A DNA stretch of 57,810 nt from a virus (lineage: Duplodnaviria > Caudoviricetes), in IMG/VR virus record IMGVR_UViG_3300007735_000761, positions 1-57,810 of that record; one strand, given 5' to 3'. Shown piece after piece: positions 53,873 through 57,810 of this stretch. How positions within the stretch are numbered: the first letter of the stretch is position 1; the number at the start of each line of letters is the position of its first letter. The notes under the pieces are model-generated. The model saw only the letters and a list, made by a program, of their open reading frames with translations, had not been told where the DNA came from and searched no databases. Made by a program: the position numbers and the translations under genes.

Positions 53873-54759
53873 TGCCCACGATTCTTTTGAAGAAAAGCGA
53901 TACAGCTAGCTCGGTTCCAACAACGAGCCAGTTGACCAATCTAGCGGGCGGTGCAGAGGTTGCCGTCAATACTGCTGACCGACGCATGTACACCATGACT
54001 TCGGCCAGTGCGGTTGTGGAACTGGGAAACAACCCCACCAGTTTGAATATCACCACCGGAAACTTGGCGTTCACCGGCACCGCCCAGCGCATCACGGGCG
54101 ATATGTCCAATGCGACGGTCAGTAACCGGCTCGCATTTCAAACTAGCACGACGAATGGAAGCACAACCCTAAACATAATTCCCAACGGGACTGGAACGGC
54201 ATCGCAATTCGTTGCCCACATGGGTTCTGATCCGGCAAACACATCAAGAGCCGGAATAAATATAAATAGTACGCAAAGTGCTGCGTTGGTGTTTTCTGAC
54301 ATCACCGGCACCGGCACCTACCTGCCGATGACCTTCTATACCGGCGGCAGCGAAGCCGCTCGGATCACCACAACGCGCAATCTTCTCGTCGGCACTACGA
54401 CGGACATTTCAGGCCGTAGCGGTGTTATTTCGGATGCGATTGGTAACGTCCGCGACATCCCATCAGCCGGTGCAGCCAAGACTTCAACTTACACGCTGGC
54501 GATTACCGATATTGGCGAGTTTGTGACGTTGGGCACTAGCGGTGCGATTGATGTGCCAAATGGTGTATTTTCTGCGGGTAACGCGGTTTCGATTTATAAC
54601 AACACCACGGGCAACACCACGATCAGCCTGACCATCACGACCGCTTATATTGCAGGTACAAATACAGATAAGGCTTCGGTTACACTTGCCACTCGCGGAG
54701 TAGCTACGATTTTGTTTATTTCCAACTCGGTTTGCGTACTTACGGGCAACGTGAGTTAA
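53872..54759 (+). CDS. Tail fibre protein
   Basis: N-terminal ILLKKS..VP..L..E.AVNTAD anchor motif; F.TGGSE..RI repeat. Confidence 0.75.
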   Translation: MPTILLKKSDTASSVPTTSQLTNLAGGAEVAVNTADRRMYTMTSASAVVELGNNPTSLNITTGNLAFTGTAQRITGDMSNATVSNRLAFQTSTTNGSTTLNIIPNGTGTASQFVAHMGSDPANTSRAGININSTQSAALVFSDITGTGTYLPMTFYTGGSEAARITTTRNLLVGTTTDISGRSGVISDAIGNVRDIPSAGAAKTSTYTLAITDIGEFVTLGTSGAIDVPNGVFSAGNAVSIYNNTTGNTTISLTITTAYIAGTNTDKASVTLATRGVATILFISNSVCVLTGNVS

Positions 54760-54762
54760 GTC

Positions 54763-57168
54763 ATGTCAGGAATAATGATGCTCCTGCTCGGTCGATCTGT
54801 GACCGGCGGGTTCACCGAATACAAAATCTTCACCGCATCCGGTAACTGGACTGCGCCCTCTGGCGTGACCGAGGTTGAGTACCTTGTCGTCGCTGGCGGT
54901 GGTGGTGGTGGTTGTGATTTGGCTGGTGGCGGCGGTGCCGGTGGGTTTCGTACTGGTACGGGGTTTTCTGTAACCGCAGGAACTGATTACACCATTACGG
55001 TTGGCGCTGGAGGCGCACAAAAAACCACAAGCGGAAACGGAAACGCTGGCAACAATTCTGTATTTAGCACTATCACAGCCGCAGGCGGTGGGTATGGTGG
55101 GCGATACATAACTGACGGTGGCTCTGGCGGTTCTGGCGGTGGCGCAGGCGGTGACAATACTGGTTCAACGCCAAAAACGGGCGGCGCAGGAAACACGCCT
55201 AGCGTTTCGCCGTCACAAGGCAATAACGGCGGTAATAGTGGCGCTGGAAATCCAACTGGCGGCGGCGGCGGTGGTGGAGCATCTGCTGTCGGTGGAAATT
55301 CAAATACAAGTAACGCTGGAAATGGCGGCAACGGCACGGCCTCTACTATTTCCGGCAGTTCCGTAACTTATGCCGGTGGCGGCGGTGGCGGTGGATTTAC
55401 GCCAAATGGATTAGCCGCTGGTTCTGGCGGCACAGGCGGCGGTGGTGCGGGATCAGCGCCGTCAGGTTCTGCTGCTACTGCGGGAACCGCAAACACAGGC
55501 GGCGGCGGCGGCGGTGGCGCTGGAGCATCAGGAGCAGGCGGCGCAGGCGGCTCTGGCATTGTCATCCTCAAGTACACCGTACCCGTACAGTCTGTCGTAG
55601 CCACGTTTACCTCTACCGGCACATGGACTGCGCCCAGCGGCGTCAGCGAGGTTGAGTATCTCGTCGTTGCGGGTGGTGGTGGCGGCGCTACAAACGTAGG
55701 CGGTGGTGGCGGTGCGGGTGGATTCCGCACAGGTACTGGATTATCTGTCACAGCAGGAACCGATTACACGGTTACAGTTGGCGCTGGCGGCAACGCAGGA
55801 TCAGCAGGCAACAACTCCGTATTTAGTTCAATTACGTCTGCTGGTGGCGGTAATGGCGGCGCGTATCAAAACGCCGGGGCAAATGGAGGCTCTGGTGGCG
55901 GCGGTGGCTCAAACAATGCCCCCGGCGCTTCTCAACCGGGCGGTACTGGAAACACGCCTTCAGTTAGCCCGTCACAAGGAAATAACGGCGGCGCAGGAAA
56001 TGTTGGGACTCCTGCTGGCCCTGCGAATAACGGCGCTGGTGGTGGCGGCGGCGCATCTGCCGCTGGCACAAGTTCAACAGCGTTAACCAATGCAAGCGGC
56101 GGCGCTGGTGGAAATGGAACCGCATCTAGCATTAGCGGTGGTTCGGTTACTTACGCTGGAGGCGGCGGCGGGGGTGGCGCTGTTTCGCCTGCTGCTTCTG
56201 GCGGCACGGGCGGTGGTGGCCAAGGTGGCGTTGGTCAAAGCGGCCAAGATAACGCAACGGCAGGCACTGCTAACACGGGCGGCGGCGGCGGCGGCGGTTG
56301 TTCTCAAAGTGGCCCCGGCAAAGCAGGCGGCTCAGGCATCGTCATTCTCAAATACAACATCGGCTCTGCCTCAATCTTCACCTTCAAGTCCACGCAGAAG
56401 TGGACTGCACCGGCTGGTGCGGTCAGCGTTGACTACCTCGTTGTAGCGGGTGGTGGTGGAGGTGGTGGAACGTATGCCGGAGGTGGCGGCGCGGGTGGTT
56501 TCCGCACAGGCACAGGACTGGCAATCACCGCAGGCACGGACTATACCGTTACGGTTGGTGCCGGTGGCTCTGGCGGGGTAGGCGGGTCATCTGGTGCAAA
56601 CACAAACGGAGCCAAAGGCAACGATTCGGTATTTAGCACCATTACTTCAACCGGCGGTGGATTTGGCGCAAGAGGCGATACACCGGGCGCTGCACAAAAT
56701 GGTGGCGCAGGCGGCTCTGGTGGCGGCGGGGGCGGTTCTGGGTCATTAGCCGGAACAGGCGGAACTGGAAATACGCCAAGTGTTTCGCCGTCTCAAGGCT
56801 CAAATGGTGGAAGTAGCGTTGCATCTCCTGCTATTGGAGCGGCAGGTGGTGGCGGTGGCGCTAGTGCGGCAGGAGCAAATAGCACCTCAACCGTTGCAGG
56901 AAATGGCGGTGCCGGAACTGCATCAACCATTTCTGGCTCTAGCGTTACTTACGCTGGTGGCGGTGGTGGCGGTATTTTGTCTGGCGGCACATCTGCTGGC
57001 ACGGGCGGCTCTGGCGGCGGTGGCTCTGGCGGAAAAGGCGCGGCAGGAACTGCTGGTACCGCTAATACAGGCGGCGGCGGTGGTGGTGGCGGCGCGCAGG
57101 CAAGTGGCACAGGAGATGGCGGCGCAGGCGGCTCTGGTATCGTAATTCTCAAGGTCAACTTCACATGA
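54763..57168 (+). CDS. Glycine-rich adhesin with three tandem polyglycine domains
   Basis: Three copies of WTAP.G..V.YLVVAGGGGG..GGGGAGGFRTGTG..ANTGGGGGG..GGSGIVILK. Confidence 0.85.
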   Translation: MSGIMMLLLGRSVTGGFTEYKIFTASGNWTAPSGVTEVEYLVVAGGGGGGCDLAGGGGAGGFRTGTGFSVTAGTDYTITVGAGGAQKTTSGNGNAGNNSVFSTITAAGGGYGGRYITDGGSGGSGGGAGGDNTGSTPKTGGAGNTPSVSPSQGNNGGNSGAGNPTGGGGGGGASAVGGNSNTSNAGNGGNGTASTISGSSVTYAGGGGGGGFTPNGLAAGSGGTGGGGAGSAPSGSAATAGTANTGGGGGGGAGASGAGGAGGSGIVILKYTVPVQSVVATFTSTGTWTAPSGVSEVEYLVVAGGGGGATNVGGGGGAGGFRTGTGLSVTAGTDYTVTVGAGGNAGSAGNNSVFSSITSAGGGNGGAYQNAGANGGSGGGGGSNNAPGASQPGGTGNTPSVSPSQGNNGGAGNVGTPAGPANNGAGGGGGASAAGTSSTALTNASGGAGGNGTASSISGGSVTYAGGGGGGGAVSPAASGGTGGGGQGGVGQSGQDNATAGTANTGGGGGGGCSQSGPGKAGGSGIVILKYNIGSASIFTFKSTQKWTAPAGAVSVDYLVVAGGGGGGGTYAGGGGAGGFRTGTGLAITAGTDYTVTVGAGGSGGVGGSSGANTNGAKGNDSVFSTITSTGGGFGARGDTPGAAQNGGAGGSGGGGGGSGSLAGTGGTGNTPSVSPSQGSNGGSSVASPAIGAAGGGGGASAAGANSTSTVAGNGGAGTASTISGSSVTYAGGGGGGILSGGTSAGTGGSGGGGSGGKGAAGTAGTANTGGGGGGGGAQASGTGDGGAGGSGIVILKVNFT

Positions 57169-57413
57169 AAACTTACCAACTGATGGGCATTGATACGGCG
57201 ATGCACTTGTTGCGTCCCGGTGCGAAGTGGGAGATCAGCAACCGCGAGATCACGCGGTGGGAAGACCCGCGACCGAAACCGTCGTGGGACGAGATCATGT
57301 TCACGATTGAAAAGATCAAAGAACTTGAGGACGCGGTGCCGACGATCCTGTTGCCCGAGCAGGCAAAAGCGTTTGAGGAATACGTCAGCCAGATTGAAAA
57401 GGCGGTCGCGTGA
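57165..57413 (+). CDS. Small fibre-associated protein (XkdW-like)
   Basis: A..LRPGAKW..W.D.RPKPS..EI. Confidence 0.6.
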   Translation: MKTYQLMGIDTAMHLLRPGAKWEISNREITRWEDPRPKPSWDEIMFTIEKIKELEDAVPTILLPEQAKAFEEYVSQIEKAVA

Positions 57414-57810
57414 ACCTCTATTCCATATTCCCGACAGCGGTTGCCAAGTTTGAACTCGGACGGGACTACACCGCTGAGGAAAGCGCCTTTGTGGACTCGC
57501 AAGAGACGCACAAGAACCAAGGCAACACGACGAGCAACGACCGTTATGTGTTGCGCCACGACACGATGGCAAACCTCAAGGCGTTCGTAGAAGCCAGCGT
57601 GGGCGAGTACCTGCGCTCGATCTACTCACCGAAGAACGAGGTCGGCCTACGCGTCACGCAGTCGTGGCTGAATTACTGCAAGCCCGGCGAGTGGCACCAC
57701 AAGCACGCGCACCCGAACTCGTTTATCTCGGGCGTCCTTTACATGAAGGCCGCACGGGAGCGCGACAAGATTTACTTCTACCGCGACGGCTATCAGCAGA
57801 TCAAACTGCC
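57410..57810 (+). CDS. 2OG-Fe(II) oxygenase (TIGR02466-like), N-terminal part
   Basis: GTG start coupled to the 57413 stop; LYSIFPT..TQSWLN..HxH; continues at position 1. Confidence 0.85.
   Translation, partial: MNLYSIFPTAVAKFELGRDYTAEESAFVDSQETHKNQGNTTSNDRYVLRHDTMANLKAFVEASVGEYLRSIYSPKNEVGLRVTQSWLNYCKPGEWHHKHAHPNSFISGVLYMKAARERDKIYFYRDGYQQIKL
57659..57810. repeat. Terminal overlap, right copy
   Basis: Matches 1-152 with 4 substitutions. Confidence 0.95.

Noticed and set aside
54763-57168. Diversity-generating retroelement
   Set aside because: No reverse transcriptase; the repeats are in-frame and differences are not adenine-specific
1-57810. Lysogeny module, tRNAs, DNA or RNA polymerase, alternative genetic code
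   Set aside because: No integrase, ParA, CI or polymerase motifs and no cloverleaf noticed by eye; TAA, TGA and TAG all end well-coupled genes under the standard code

Overview
This window is an essentially complete, circularly permuted genome (~57.66 kb after removing a 152-bp end overlap) of a tailed dsDNA phage. It is probably a lytic podovirus: there is no integrase, tape measure, sheath or DNA polymerase, and large ejection-type genes follow a nozzle gene. The host is probably a Gram-negative proteobacterium (inference). Modules: (i) rightward late genes from 36.4 kb through the end and on to 16.2 kb (TerL, portal, GroES, scaffold, Mu-gpT-like capsid, adaptors, fibres, Gly-rich adhesin, 2OG-Fe oxygenase, lysis, nozzle, four ejection-type proteins, phosphoesterase); (ii) a divergent replication/recombination module at 16.2-24.0 kb; (iii) a leftward early/accessory region at 24.1-34.0 kb with three glycosyltransferases, two methyltransferases and many small coupled genes; (iv) an AT-rich control region, TerS and ArdC at 34-36.4 kb. 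The top candidate for a novel system is the ejection-type protein at 6074-8710, which carries four regularly spaced TonB-box-like motifs and may harness host TonB/pmf during genome entry. Other leads are a shared AxGG tag on internal proteins, a double-pseudoknot RNA downstream of the capsid gene, a possible anti-RBS sRNA, a palindromic operator, and a TPR-glycosyltransferase cluster. Family names come from motif recognition, not database searches.
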